Shown here: in pieces, positions 9,073 through 18,717 of the stretch | How positions within the stretch are numbered: the first letter of the stretch is position 1 | How the letters are laid out: every line of letters begins with the position of its first letter | Assembly (NCBI GenBank): GCA_003483855.1 | Contig: DMXP01000008.1 | Coordinates: forward strand, 17,903-61,085 | DNA length: 43,183 nt | Direction: 5' to 3' | Origin: Candidatus Yonathbacteria bacterium | GTDB taxonomy: Bacteria; Patescibacteriota; Minisyncoccia; Phycocordibacterales; UBA1550 | The notes under the pieces: model-generated | What the model saw: the letters and a program-made list of their open reading frames with translations, nothing else | What the model was told of the DNA's origin: nothing | The model's database searches: none | Program-made: the position numbers and the translations under genes

Positions 9073-9636
9073 ATGAAAATAATGGTTCCATATTATTCCC
9101 AATATCTAGATGTTGCAGATGAATTGTGGCAACCTCGCGCGTGCGGAGTTGCATGTTTGAAGATGCTTCTTGAAGCGAAGGGTGAGCATGCGCCAACTCT
9201 GGATGAAATGATAGCGCAGGGGTGCGCCATAGGCGCTCATGGAGAGTATGGCTGGAAGCACGATGGCCTCATTGCACTCGCGCGTCAATACGGAGCGAAG
9301 CTATCGCGAAACGAATGGCGAAAATCTGAATCGAAAAGCCTTGAGGAGCTAAATGAAGAGGGGGTTAATTTTTTGATTTCTGAGCTTCGTTCTGGAAGAC
9401 CTGTAATAGTGTCCGCAGTAAAAAATTTTGAAGAAGATGATAAATTTCATATGATCATACTTACTGGACTAGAAGAAAAGGACCTGCCTGCGCCGGATAC
9501 TGCGCGGCAGGCAGATGGCACAGTGGTAGGTTTTTATTATCATGACTCCGATACGACCAAACGAGGAGACGGCAAAAATCTATTTATCCATATAGATATT
9601 TTCCGCGCAAAATGGCGCAAAATGGCGATTTTTTAA
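9073..9636 (+). CDS. C39-like cysteine peptidase
   Basis: VPYYSQ, ACGVACLKMLL (Cys), GRPVIVS, HMIILTG (His), YYHDS (Asp). Confidence 0.88.
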   Translation: MKIMVPYYSQYLDVADELWQPRACGVACLKMLLEAKGEHAPTLDEMIAQGCAIGAHGEYGWKHDGLIALARQYGAKLSRNEWRKSESKSLEELNEEGVNFLISELRSGRPVIVSAVKNFEEDDKFHMIILTGLEEKDLPAPDTARQADGTVVGFYYHDSDTTKRGDGKNLFIHIDIFRAKWRKMAIF

Positions 9637-9722
9637 CAAAAAAACCACTTTCTTTTCCTTTAGATTTTTGCTATAATTAACTTAAGTTACCGATGGCGGG
9701 AAACCGCTTCTCGGTCTATTTC

Positions 9723-11798
9723 ATGGCCAAAAAAGACCCAAAAAACGACAAACAAGTAGATGGTTACGGAGCAGAGGACATAGTCGTCCTTGAGGGGCTT
9801 GAGCCTGTTCGTAAGCGCCCTGGGATGTATATTGGCTCCACAGGGCCAGAGGGCCTGCACCACCTCATTTGGGAGATTTTTGACAACTCGCGCGATGAAG
9901 CGATGGGTGGTTTCGCCGACCATATTGAGGTAGCGCTTCTTCCAGGAAACCGAGTTCGCGTAGTGGACAATGGCCGCGGTATTCCAACAGACATTCACGC
10001 AAAGACAAAAGTCTCCGCTCTTGAGACTATCATGACCACGCTTCACGCCGGTGGAAAGTTTGAGGGCACTAGTTATAAAGTTTCCGGCGGACTTCATGGT
10101 GTGGGCGCATCGGTGGTAAACGCGCTCTCTGTGTATACAAAAGTAGAGGTGCATCGCGACGGGGCAATTCATATGCAGGAGTACGAGCGTGGAAAAAGAA
10201 AGGCGGCTGTAAAAAAAGTTGGAACTACAAAATTTCGCGGGACAATAGTGACCTTTGAACCAGATGAGCTCATCTTTAAAGAAATGGGTTGGAACTGGAA
10301 TCAAATCGTAAACCACCTTCGTCAGCAGGCGTACCTCGTAAAGGGTCTTCAGATTAATATCATTGATGCGCAAAAGTACGACGGGAAGCTTAAGCTGGAC
10401 AACGAAGTTTTTCTTGCGGATTTTCAGCTTGAGGTTCCGTCAATGTCGTTTTACTTTGATGGCGGGCTTGTGTCGCTTGTGCGTTTCTATAATCAACACC
10501 AAAAGCCCGTGCACAAAAACATTTGCTATGTGGAAAAGGAAATGGACAGCGTGATGGTTGAGGTTGCTTTTCAGTATATTGACGACATTTCTTCTCGCGA
10601 ACTTGCATTCGCAAACAATATTTACAATATGGAGGGAGGAACGCACGTGACTGGTTTTCGCACAGCACTCACGCGTCGCATCAACGACTACGCAAGGAAG
10701 AATAATTTCTTGAAAGATGCCGACGAAAACTTTACCGCGGACGATGTGCGCGAAGGTTTGACATGCGCTATCTCGGTAAAGATGCGCGAGATTCAGTTTG
10801 AGGGACAAACTAAAGGCAAGCTCGGCTCTGTGGAGGCTCGTGGCGCAGTAGAAAAAGTATTTGGTGAAGCGCTCGGAATGTTTCTTGAGGAAAATCCAGA
10901 CGACGGTCGCGCTATTGTGAACAAAGTTATACTTGCGCTCCGCGCGCGCAAGGCCGCAAAGGCCGCAAAAGATAGCGTGCTCCGTAAGGGCGCCCTTGAA
11001 GGTCTCACTCTTCCTGGCAAACTTGCAGACTGCCAGTCCAACAAGGCAGAGGATTCTGAACTATTTATTGTAGAGGGAGACTCAGCGGGCGGTTCGTCAA
11101 AGCAAGGACGTGACAGAAAGACACAAGCGATCCTTCCGCTCAAGGGCAAGATTTTGAACGTGGAACGAGCGCGCTTGGACCGCATGCTTGAGTCCAATGA
11201 AATCAAGTCACTCGTGATTGCGCTCGGAGTTGGTATTGGTGATGTGTTTGATATGTCAAAGCTTCGCTATCATAAAATTATAATAGCGACTGATGCGGAC
11301 GTGGACGGCGCGCATATTCGGGCGCTTTTGCTAACTCTTTTTTATCGTTACTTCAAGCAAGTTATTGAGGGCGGATATATTTATATTGCTCAACCTCCAC
11401 TTTATAAAATAAAACGTGGAAAAGAGATTAGCTATGCATACAGCGAGGAGGAGAAGATTGCATTCCTTGGTAAAGATGTAAGCTTGCTTGAGGTTGTGGA
11501 GGAAGGTGAGGGTGAGGCGGTAAACGAAGGTACAGAAGAAGAACAGGCTGAGGCAGAGGAAAAGAACACCAAGCGAGCGCCAAAAATTTCTCTCCAGCGT
11601 TACAAGGGTCTCGGAGAAATGAACCCAGAGGAACTATGGGAAACTACAATGGATCCAAAATCTCGTATTTTGAAGCAGGTTACCATTGATGATGCGGTGG
11701 ATGCAGACAAGGCGTTTGACGTCCTTATGGGTGAAGATGTCTCCGCGAGGAAGTCGTTTATCCAGTCCAATGCGAAGATGGCAAATATTGATGCCTAA
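9723..11798 (+). CDS. gyrB: DNA gyrase subunit B
   Basis: LEPVRKRPGMYIG, DNGRGIP, GGLHGVG, VEGDSAGG, TDADVDG, QRYKGLGEMN; acidic insert near the C-terminus; start at 9723 or 9693. Confidence 0.97.
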   Translation: MAKKDPKNDKQVDGYGAEDIVVLEGLEPVRKRPGMYIGSTGPEGLHHLIWEIFDNSRDEAMGGFADHIEVALLPGNRVRVVDNGRGIPTDIHAKTKVSALETIMTTLHAGGKFEGTSYKVSGGLHGVGASVVNALSVYTKVEVHRDGAIHMQEYERGKRKAAVKKVGTTKFRGTIVTFEPDELIFKEMGWNWNQIVNHLRQQAYLVKGLQINIIDAQKYDGKLKLDNEVFLADFQLEVPSMSFYFDGGLVSLVRFYNQHQKPVHKNICYVEKEMDSVMVEVAFQYIDDISSRELAFANNIYNMEGGTHVTGFRTALTRRINDYARKNNFLKDADENFTADDVREGLTCAISVKMREIQFEGQTKGKLGSVEARGAVEKVFGEALGMFLEENPDDGRAIVNKVILALRARKAAKAAKDSVLRKGALEGLTLPGKLADCQSNKAEDSELFIVEGDSAGGSSKQGRDRKTQAILPLKGKILNVERARLDRMLESNEIKSLVIALGVGIGDVFDMSKLRYHKIIIATDADVDGAHIRALLLTLFYRYFKQVIEGGYIYIAQPPLYKIKRGKEISYAYSEEEKIAFLGKDVSLLEVVEEGEGEAVNEGTEEEQAEAEEKNTKRAPKISLQRYKGLGEMNPEELWETTMDPKSRILKQVTIDDAVDADKAFDVLMGEDVSARKSFIQSNAKMANIDA

Positions 11799-11849
11799 GA
11801 TCAGTCTGAAAGTCAAAAGTCAAAAGTCTTAAAGTAAATACAAAATACT

Positions 11850-11978
11850 ATGATAAAAAAATACATTCTAGCAATTACAGCAATCGCATTAGCTGTGTAC
11901 GTAGGATTTTTCTTTGGAAAAAAATCGGCTGTTGCGCCAGAAGTACCAGTAAATAATTCTGTTAGTGTTGCGCAATAG
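11850..11978 (+). CDS. Small single-TM protein, 42 aa (not in ORF track)
   Basis: MIKKYILAITAIALAVYVGFFFGKKSAVAPEVPVNNSVSVAQ*, translated by hand. Confidence 0.6.
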   Translation: MIKKYILAITAIALAVYVGFFFGKKSAVAPEVPVNNSVSVAQ

Positions 11979-12026
11979 TCTCCGATAATGGTATTATTAA
12001 CGAATTAATAGTTAATCATTATTTGT

Positions 12027-12272
12027 ATGAGAATAATAGGTATAGCATTGGTGTGGGTTGGAGTGGTGAGTCTATTGAAAAATATCGGAATAATAGAGGT
12101 GATTAACTGGAGTATTGTTTGGCCAGTTCTCGTTATCATTCTTGGTTTTTCGTTAAGGCACAGCAAGTCAATGATGCATGGTATAACATGCAAAGGCGCA
12201 AATTGCGATGTGTGCGTGGGAGGCAAGTGCGGAGGAGAGGGTGTGTGCGAGGGCCCCAACTGCAAGCACTAA
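12027..12272 (+). CDS. Small two-TM protein (LiaI/LiaF-TM-like) with Cys-rich tail
   Basis: GIALVWVGVVSLLKNIG..WSIVWPVLVIILG, then six Cys in 27 aa. Confidence 0.8.
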   Translation: MRIIGIALVWVGVVSLLKNIGIIEVINWSIVWPVLVIILGFSLRHSKSMMHGITCKGANCDVCVGGKCGGEGVCEGPNCKH

Positions 12273-12459
12273 TTTAAAGAAAGAAAAATCCCCGATAAAT
12301 TTATCGTGGATTTTTCTAAGTCACTATAGCCGTATAATATACTATACTCAAACGAGTGAGAGAGATACAAACACGGAGTTTGTATCTCCGAGCGAGAGCA
12401 GAGTATATTGTACCCAGTTATATAGTATCAGATACGGCTATAGTGATTTTTTCTTTTAA

Positions 12460-14214
12460 TTACCAGATTGTTTTTTTTGCGATGCCTCCCAGTGCGAATT
12501 TAATAAAGTCAGCGAGTGAATGCGTTTCCCCAGCATCCTTTCCGCGCATCTCTACAGTCACTGTTCCTGCTTCAACTTCCTTTTCGCCAAGGACTAGAAT
12601 AAATGGAACCTTCTCTATTTTTGCGATACGGATACGCTTACCTAGGCTTTCTGCTGAGTCATCCATCTCTACACGAATACCCGCTTCTGAAATTTCTTTG
12701 TAAACTTTTCCAGCATACTCGGCAAACTTCTCACTAATAGGAAGAACCTTTACCTGCACTGGAGAGAGCCAAAGAGGGAAGGATCCTGCAAAGTGCTCTA
12801 TCATAACACCCATAAAACGTTCTGTTGAACCAAGCACTGCGCGATGAATAACTACAGGGCGGATTTTTTCGTTTGATTCATCTATGTAGTGGAGGTCAAA
12901 ACGCTCCGGCAAATTAAAGTCCAATTGAATAGTTGAAAGTTGCCACTGGCGTCCGATTGCATCCTTAAACATAAAATCTAGCTTTGGACCATAGAAAGCG
13001 GCTTCATCTTCAGCTTCCTCATATTTCCAACCAGTTTTTTTTACGATATCGCGCAAAGCGTTCTCAGCGGTGTTCCATACTTCGTCGTTCCCAATATATT
13101 TGTCCTTGTTCTTTGAATCACGAAGCGAGATGCGAACGTAGAAATCTGAAAGTCCAAATCCTGCGTATACCTCTTTTATCATATCTAGCATTAGATCAAT
13201 TTCATTTTCAATTTGGTCTGGTCGCGCAAATACATGACAGTCGTCTTGAGTGAGAGATCGCACGCGCGTGAGCCCAGAAAGCTCTCCTGATTTTTCGTTT
13301 CGGTAATTGGTCGTTGTGCAAGTGTAGCGCACAGGAAGCTCCTTGTATGAATGTTGGAGCGTTTTATAGAGCATCATAAAATGTGGGCAGTTCATTGGCT
13401 TCACATAGTAGTCGTGCTCGTCAATTTTCATCGGCGTGTACATTGCGTCGTATTTATCTAGGTGCCCCGAGATTTCGTAGAGAGCCCCTTTTGTAATGTG
13501 AGGAATCCAGATGTCTTTGTAACCGCGCTTCTCCTGCTGTTCGCTTATAAAACCCTCAATAGTTTTGCGGAGGAGCGCCCCTTTTGGATAAAAGAGTGGA
13601 AGCCCTGCGCCAACCTCGTCAATAATAGTAAAAAGCTCCATCTCTTTTCCGAGTTTGCGATGGTCGCGTTTTTTTGCCTCCTCTATTTGTTTTAGGTATG
13701 CATCAAGAGCTTCACCGTTTTCAAATGCGAGTCCGTAAATGCGCGTAAGCATTGTGTTCTTTTCACTCCCTCGCCAATACGCGCCAGCGTTGTGCGTGAT
13801 TGTAAATGCGTCAGCAGGAATTTCCTTTGTATTTTCCACGTGCCCGCCTTTGCATAAGTCTTCAAACTCTCCTGTTTTGTAAATAGTAAGATTTTTCCCC
13901 TCACTCTCAAATTCATTAATGAGGTCAAGTTTGTATGGTTGGCTAGCAAAAAGTTTTTTCGCATCTCCCACGGAAATTTCGCGCCCTTCAAAAGGGAGGC
14001 CCTTGTTTACCATTTTTCGCATCGCTTTTTCAAAACCTTTTAAATCCTCTAGAGTAGGAGTGTAGCCGTTTGAAAATTCAAAATCATAATAAAAACCGTT
14101 ATCAATAACAGGGCCTATGCCGAGCTTCGCGCCGGGGTCCTTCTCTAGCACCGCAATAGCGAGCAAGTGCGCAAGCGAGTGGCGGATGTTGTGTAGGTTC
14201 TCGTTTGTTTCCAT
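12460..14214 (-). CDS. thrS: Threonine-tRNA ligase (no TGS domain)
   Basis: RHSLAHLLA, DLCKGGH, RDHRKLG, KPMNCP, AFYGPKLD, HRAVLGSTERF. Confidence 0.98.
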   Translation of the reverse strand: METNENLHNIRHSLAHLLAIAVLEKDPGAKLGIGPVIDNGFYYDFEFSNGYTPTLEDLKGFEKAMRKMVNKGLPFEGREISVGDAKKLFASQPYKLDLINEFESEGKNLTIYKTGEFEDLCKGGHVENTKEIPADAFTITHNAGAYWRGSEKNTMLTRIYGLAFENGEALDAYLKQIEEAKKRDHRKLGKEMELFTIIDEVGAGLPLFYPKGALLRKTIEGFISEQQEKRGYKDIWIPHITKGALYEISGHLDKYDAMYTPMKIDEHDYYVKPMNCPHFMMLYKTLQHSYKELPVRYTCTTTNYRNEKSGELSGLTRVRSLTQDDCHVFARPDQIENEIDLMLDMIKEVYAGFGLSDFYVRISLRDSKNKDKYIGNDEVWNTAENALRDIVKKTGWKYEEAEDEAAFYGPKLDFMFKDAIGRQWQLSTIQLDFNLPERFDLHYIDESNEKIRPVVIHRAVLGSTERFMGVMIEHFAGSFPLWLSPVQVKVLPISEKFAEYAGKVYKEISEAGIRVEMDDSAESLGKRIRIAKIEKVPFILVLGEKEVEAGTVTVEMRGKDAGETHSLADFIKFALGGIAKKTIW

Positions 14215-14351
14215 ATCGGTTTATATTACCATTTTTTGCCCTATTTCAAAGTGGTTTCTATAGATTGACTACCTCGTAATAATATGGTTGTATTACCATA
14301 GAGTTTTTCGTATCTCGTGCGGTTCACGGGAAGTTATTTTTAGAGGAGAAG

Positions 14352-14729
14352 ATGATGTCAGTTCCTATTGATTGTCCCAAGTGCGGCGCTCCTATCGGAG
14401 TAAAACCAGGTTATCCTTTTGGGGAGATACCAAATGACCTCGCTGGTCTTTCAGGCGAATGTAATCACCCAAAATCGAAAAAAACTGAAAAGGTTCAACT
14501 CCTTGGTTTAATTAAGGAAATCCTTGTGGAGTATCCAGAAACAGAAACTTGCGACGCGTGGGTAGAGTATATAGGGCCACCTAATAAGTTTGTCCTGTGG
14601 TTGGCGATTGTTTTTTGCGGTTACCACGGGGTTACAGTGAATAAGAAATGGGTTTGGTGGAATTTTGAAGTTGGCTTCTTTGGTCAAGGGATTGATGAAC
14701 TTGTTAATCTCAAGCTAAACGCAACGTGA
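14352..14729 (+). CDS. Hypothetical protein with N-terminal CPKCG zinc-knuckle-like motif
   Basis: Shine-Dalgarno GAGGAG upstream, terminator downstream. Confidence 0.75.
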   Translation: MMSVPIDCPKCGAPIGVKPGYPFGEIPNDLAGLSGECNHPKSKKTEKVQLLGLIKEILVEYPETETCDAWVEYIGPPNKFVLWLAIVFCGYHGVTVNKKWVWWNFEVGFFGQGIDELVNLKLNAT

Positions 14730-14741
14730 AATAAATAATAC

Positions 14742-14778
14742 AAAACTGGTCGCTCCGAAAGGTCGACCAGTTTTTTTT
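14742..14778 (+). terminator. Intrinsic terminator, possibly bidirectional
   Basis: aaaactggtcg/cgaccagtttttttt. Confidence 0.8.
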
Positions 14779-14790
14779 ACAACTCCTTCA

Positions 14791-14899
14791 CCCCATTAGA
14801 GCTGGGCTCACGCTGCGAGCCCCCCGCCAGCCATCGCTTGAGGCTACTTATTGGTGCTCTGGCGAAAGCGGGCAGGTCGCGGTCTCTAACGGGGCAAGC
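14791..14899. mobile_element. MITE-like element with CCCC(A/G)TTAGAG / CTCTAACGGGG terminal inverted repeats
   Basis: ccccattagag (14791-14801) and ctctaacgggg (14884-14894), GC-rich nested hairpins; a lone half-site tctaacggggc at ~1509-1519. Confidence 0.65.
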
Positions 14900-14953
14900 C
14901 CTCTCCATTATATCTGCCAGTCATAGCACCCCAGTTGTTTGTTACCCGTATTT

Positions 14954-17900
14954 TTATAGTTCTTTCACTCGCTCCACAATCATTGTTTTCTCACCATTAC
15001 GTTCCGAAATTTTGCCTTTAACCTTGATGCATCGGTCAGGATTTTCAAAAAATTCCTTATGCGTAAAGAACGCTTCTGGGAATAGGACGAGCTCGATAGT
15101 TCCTGTGGCATCGGTTAGTTTTACAAATGCCATCTTATCTCCTTTTTTTGTGAGGATAGGGCGGATGTCTTCAATGATACCACCAACCACAGCCATTGCT
15201 CCGTCCTTAAGTTTTTTAATACCTTCAACTGTACTTCCGATTTTTTCGAGCTTGTCGCGATGGTCATCGAGTGGGTGGCCAGAGACGTACAAACCCAAAA
15301 GCTCGCGCTCCCACGCAAGACAGGTAGATTGCGGTGCTTTTTCCGCAGACTTGAGACGGAGCGATGGGATACTAGACGTGTCAGTCATCATCCCGAAAAG
15401 AGATTCCTGTCCAAGCATTTCATTTTTTTGAGCCTTGTTATATTCAAGTGCCTCTTCTGTGTTTGCTATCATTTGCCCACGTTCGCCGAGTGCGTCCATT
15501 GCGCCAACTTTTACGAGTGCTTCAAATGATTTTTTATTTAGATTTTTGTGACGAATTCGCTCTAAAAAGTCAGCGATAGATTTGTATCTCCCATTTCCTT
15601 CGCGCTCTTCAATGATAGCGTTTGCAATATCTGTACCAAGGTTCTTGATAGTGTAAAGGCCAAATCGAATTTCCGAACCAGCTGGCGAATCAGCAGATTT
15701 CGTGTCGTCGGACACATGGCTTGGCCGTAAACTTTGCTGTACATCCACAATAGTAAAGTCCCCAAAGCTTGCATTCACATCAGGAGGCAATATGGGGAGC
15801 TTCATGCGCTTTGACTCGGTGATGATTTCGGCAATTTTTTCCGTATCACCCGACTCGGCAGTGAGAATTGCCGTCATGTACTCGATTGGATAATTTGCCT
15901 TCATGTAGGCAGTCTGATAAGCGAGCTGTCCGTAGCTCGCAGCGTGCGCTTTGTTAAACCCGTACGCGGCAAACGGCTCGATAAGCCCCCATAGCTCTTG
16001 CGCTTTCTTGTCTGTGAGTCCTCCAGCAACAAACCCCTTTAGCAGTTTTTCTTTTTGCGCCTGCATTTCAGCAGGGATTTTTTTACCCATCGCTTTACGT
16101 AGCTTGTCGGCGTCGAGCCATGAGTATCCTGCGAGTTTGATTGCAATCATCATAACGTCGTCTTGGTATGTAATCACTCCAAACGACATGGCGAGAATAT
16201 CCTTCATTCTCGGGTCTAGATATGTCACAAGTGATGGCTTATGCTTGCGTGCAATATAATCTGGGATACACTCCATTGGTCCAGGACGATACAGGGCTAC
16301 CATTGCATTGATGTCGTGAATGGTTGTCGGTTTGAGCTCCTTTAAATATCTTGTCATCCCTGATCCGTTGAGTTGAAAAAGTCCCATCGTTTCTCCTCGT
16401 GCGAGCATTGCAAAAGTTTTTTTATCATCGAGAGGGATGCGGTCAATATCTATTTTGATACCGTGTCGTTCTGCTACAAGACGTATCGCATCGCCGAGTA
16501 TTGAGAGGTTGCGAATACCGAGAAAGTCGAACTTGAGAAGTCCGGCGTCTTCGACGGCGTGCATGTCGTACTGGGTGATTATTTTTCCACCCTTTGGGTC
16601 AAACTGTGTTGGAGTGAATTCATAGAGTGGTCGCGGGGCAATAACCACGCCAGCCGCGTGAACGGAAATATGCCTCACGCATCCTTCGAGACGTTTTGCA
16701 AGGTTTATTATTTTTTTGGTGTCAGCGTCATTCTTGTATAGGTCGGCAAGTTCAGGAGTCATTTTTAATGCTGTATCAATAGTCATAGGGAAGCCTTGCG
16801 AGCCTTCGGGGATGAGTCGCGATATCCTGTCGCCGATAGCGTAGGGGTGGCCAAGTGCGCGCGCAACATCGCGCACGGCACCGCGCGCCATCATTGTGCC
16901 AAATGTTCCAATCTGCGCCACGTGGTCCGCGCCGTATTTTTCACGCGCATAGTTAATCACCTCTTCTCGACGATTGTCGGCATAGTCCATATCAATATCA
17001 GGAGCCGATGGGCGTTCAGGGTTTAGGAAGCGCTCAAAAGGGAGCTTGTATTCGAGCGGGTTTACATTGGTGATATTGAGTAGGTAGGTAGTGATGGAGC
17101 CAGCGACAGATCCGCGGATGTTTGTAAGGATGCCATTTTCACGCGCAAAACGAAGGAGGTCGGCAACCACGAGAAAATAAGGGGCGTACCCTTTATCGCG
17201 AATGACTTTTAGCTCGTATTCAAGACGCTCAATGACAGCAGGATCGTTTTCCTTTAGCCCACGCATAGGGATACCCTCGTATGCGAGCCGGTGAATTTCA
17301 CCATCATATGTCGTTCCGTCTGGAATTTTGAAATCAGGAAAGAGCCATTTACCTAGCTCAAGCTCGATATCGCACATGTCGGCAATTTTTTGCGTGTTCC
17401 ATACTGCATCTGGAGTGTCTTTGAAATACTTGAGTGCAGTTTCGAGGTCAATAAAATTAAACAAATCACTCTTCATTGAAAAACGATTTTCGTCGTTCAA
17501 GTCTCCGTTTGTTTGGATGGCAAGTAGTGTCTCGTGCGCATCTTGGTCTTCTACGTGAAGGTAGTGCGAGTCTTGTGTTGCAACAAGTGGAATATTTAAT
17601 TTTTTACTTAGGGCAATAATCTCTCCGCGTACCTCTTCGATGTTTTCGACGCCTGGGTGGTGCATTATCTCGAGAAAATAATTTTCTTTGCCAAAAATAT
17701 CTTGATGCTCGCGGATAACTTTTTCCGCTTGTTCTAAGTCGCGATTGCGAAGTGCGCGCGAAAGCTCACCACCAAAGCATCCAGAGAGACATATGATACC
17801 TTCACTATACTTACGCAAGACCTCCTTATCCATGCGTGGCTTGTAGTAGTAGCCTTCGAGATTAGAAATGGTAACGAGGCGCATAAGATTTTTATAGCCT

Positions 17901-18202
17901 TGCGCGTTCTTTGCGAGGAGTGTGAGGTGGTAGCGCATGGTGTCGATACCAGGACGTTTATCATGAAGTGATCCAGGTGTTATATATGCTTCAACACCGA
18001 TGATTGGCTTGATGCCAGCGCTTTTGCATTTTTTATAAAATTCAATCGCACCATACATATTACCGTGGTCGGTGAGCCCTATGGCATTCACCCCATGCTT
18101 TTTTGCGAGCGCGACCATTTCGTCAATTTTTGAAAGCCCATCTAGTAGGGAATAGTGGCTGTGCGTATGTAAATGTATAAATTTTGGATCTTTAGTTTCC
18201 AT
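14954..18202 (-). CDS. dnaE: DNA polymerase III alpha subunit
   Basis: PHP domain HLHTHSHYSLLDG, PDIDMD, KFDFLG, YGFNKAHA, C-terminal OB fold. Confidence 0.98.
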   Translation of the reverse strand: METKDPKFIHLHTHSHYSLLDGLSKIDEMVALAKKHGVNAIGLTDHGNMYGAIEFYKKCKSAGIKPIIGVEAYITPGSLHDKRPGIDTMRYHLTLLAKNAQGYKNLMRLVTISNLEGYYYKPRMDKEVLRKYSEGIICLSGCFGGELSRALRNRDLEQAEKVIREHQDIFGKENYFLEIMHHPGVENIEEVRGEIIALSKKLNIPLVATQDSHYLHVEDQDAHETLLAIQTNGDLNDENRFSMKSDLFNFIDLETALKYFKDTPDAVWNTQKIADMCDIELELGKWLFPDFKIPDGTTYDGEIHRLAYEGIPMRGLKENDPAVIERLEYELKVIRDKGYAPYFLVVADLLRFARENGILTNIRGSVAGSITTYLLNITNVNPLEYKLPFERFLNPERPSAPDIDMDYADNRREEVINYAREKYGADHVAQIGTFGTMMARGAVRDVARALGHPYAIGDRISRLIPEGSQGFPMTIDTALKMTPELADLYKNDADTKKIINLAKRLEGCVRHISVHAAGVVIAPRPLYEFTPTQFDPKGGKIITQYDMHAVEDAGLLKFDFLGIRNLSILGDAIRLVAERHGIKIDIDRIPLDDKKTFAMLARGETMGLFQLNGSGMTRYLKELKPTTIHDINAMVALYRPGPMECIPDYIARKHKPSLVTYLDPRMKDILAMSFGVITYQDDVMMIAIKLAGYSWLDADKLRKAMGKKIPAEMQAQKEKLLKGFVAGGLTDKKAQELWGLIEPFAAYGFNKAHAASYGQLAYQTAYMKANYPIEYMTAILTAESGDTEKIAEIITESKRMKLPILPPDVNASFGDFTIVDVQQSLRPSHVSDDTKSADSPAGSEIRFGLYTIKNLGTDIANAIIEEREGNGRYKSIADFLERIRHKNLNKKSFEALVKVGAMDALGERGQMIANTEEALEYNKAQKNEMLGQESLFGMMTDTSSIPSLRLKSAEKAPQSTCLAWERELLGLYVSGHPLDDHRDKLEKIGSTVEGIKKLKDGAMAVVGGIIEDIRPILTKKGDKMAFVKLTDATGTIELVLFPEAFFTHKEFFENPDRCIKVKGKISERNGEKTMIVERVKEL

Positions 18203-18329
18203 ATTGGGCTAGTATACCAGATTTCAAAACGAGGGGAAAAATACGATTGACACAAGGAGAAAAAAATGATATTATTTCAAAGGTACGAAGTTTCCGGCAC
18301 CTTAACTACATAAACAAAAGGAGTATAAA

Positions 18330-18656
18330 ATGAGTAATCTTCAGATATTTCTCTGGGTTTTATTGCTTATTTGTTTTACCAGCTATGTTATTTGCGGGCT
18401 CCTTGTGATAAGCAATTACAAAATAATACAACGAGCCGATAGTGGTGGAATATATCCATCTGACACATATAAAAAAAAGGAATTCCTGCGCAGTATGCAG
18501 GCAAATTCAAGTGGTATGTTACGTTTACAGGGGTGGTTGCTGATTTGCGCAACTATCATCTTCGCGCTTTTTGATTCGCAATATTACGTGGTTGCTTCAA
18601 TGTTTACGGTTTTATTAGCTATTGCGCATTTTGATTTTAGCGCAAGGATTATATAG
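18330..18656 (+). CDS. Hypothetical membrane protein (~3 TM)
   Basis: SD AAGGAG; TTGACA-17-TATTAT promoter-like site at ~18247-18275. Confidence 0.75.
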   Translation: MSNLQIFLWVLLLICFTSYVICGLLVISNYKIIQRADSGGIYPSDTYKKKEFLRSMQANSSGMLRLQGWLLICATIIFALFDSQYYVVASMFTVLLAIAHFDFSARII

Positions 18657-18717
18657 CCATGTATTTTAAAAGGTCGTAACATACGGCCTTTTCTTTTTTT
18701 CAGATATACTGTATTGG

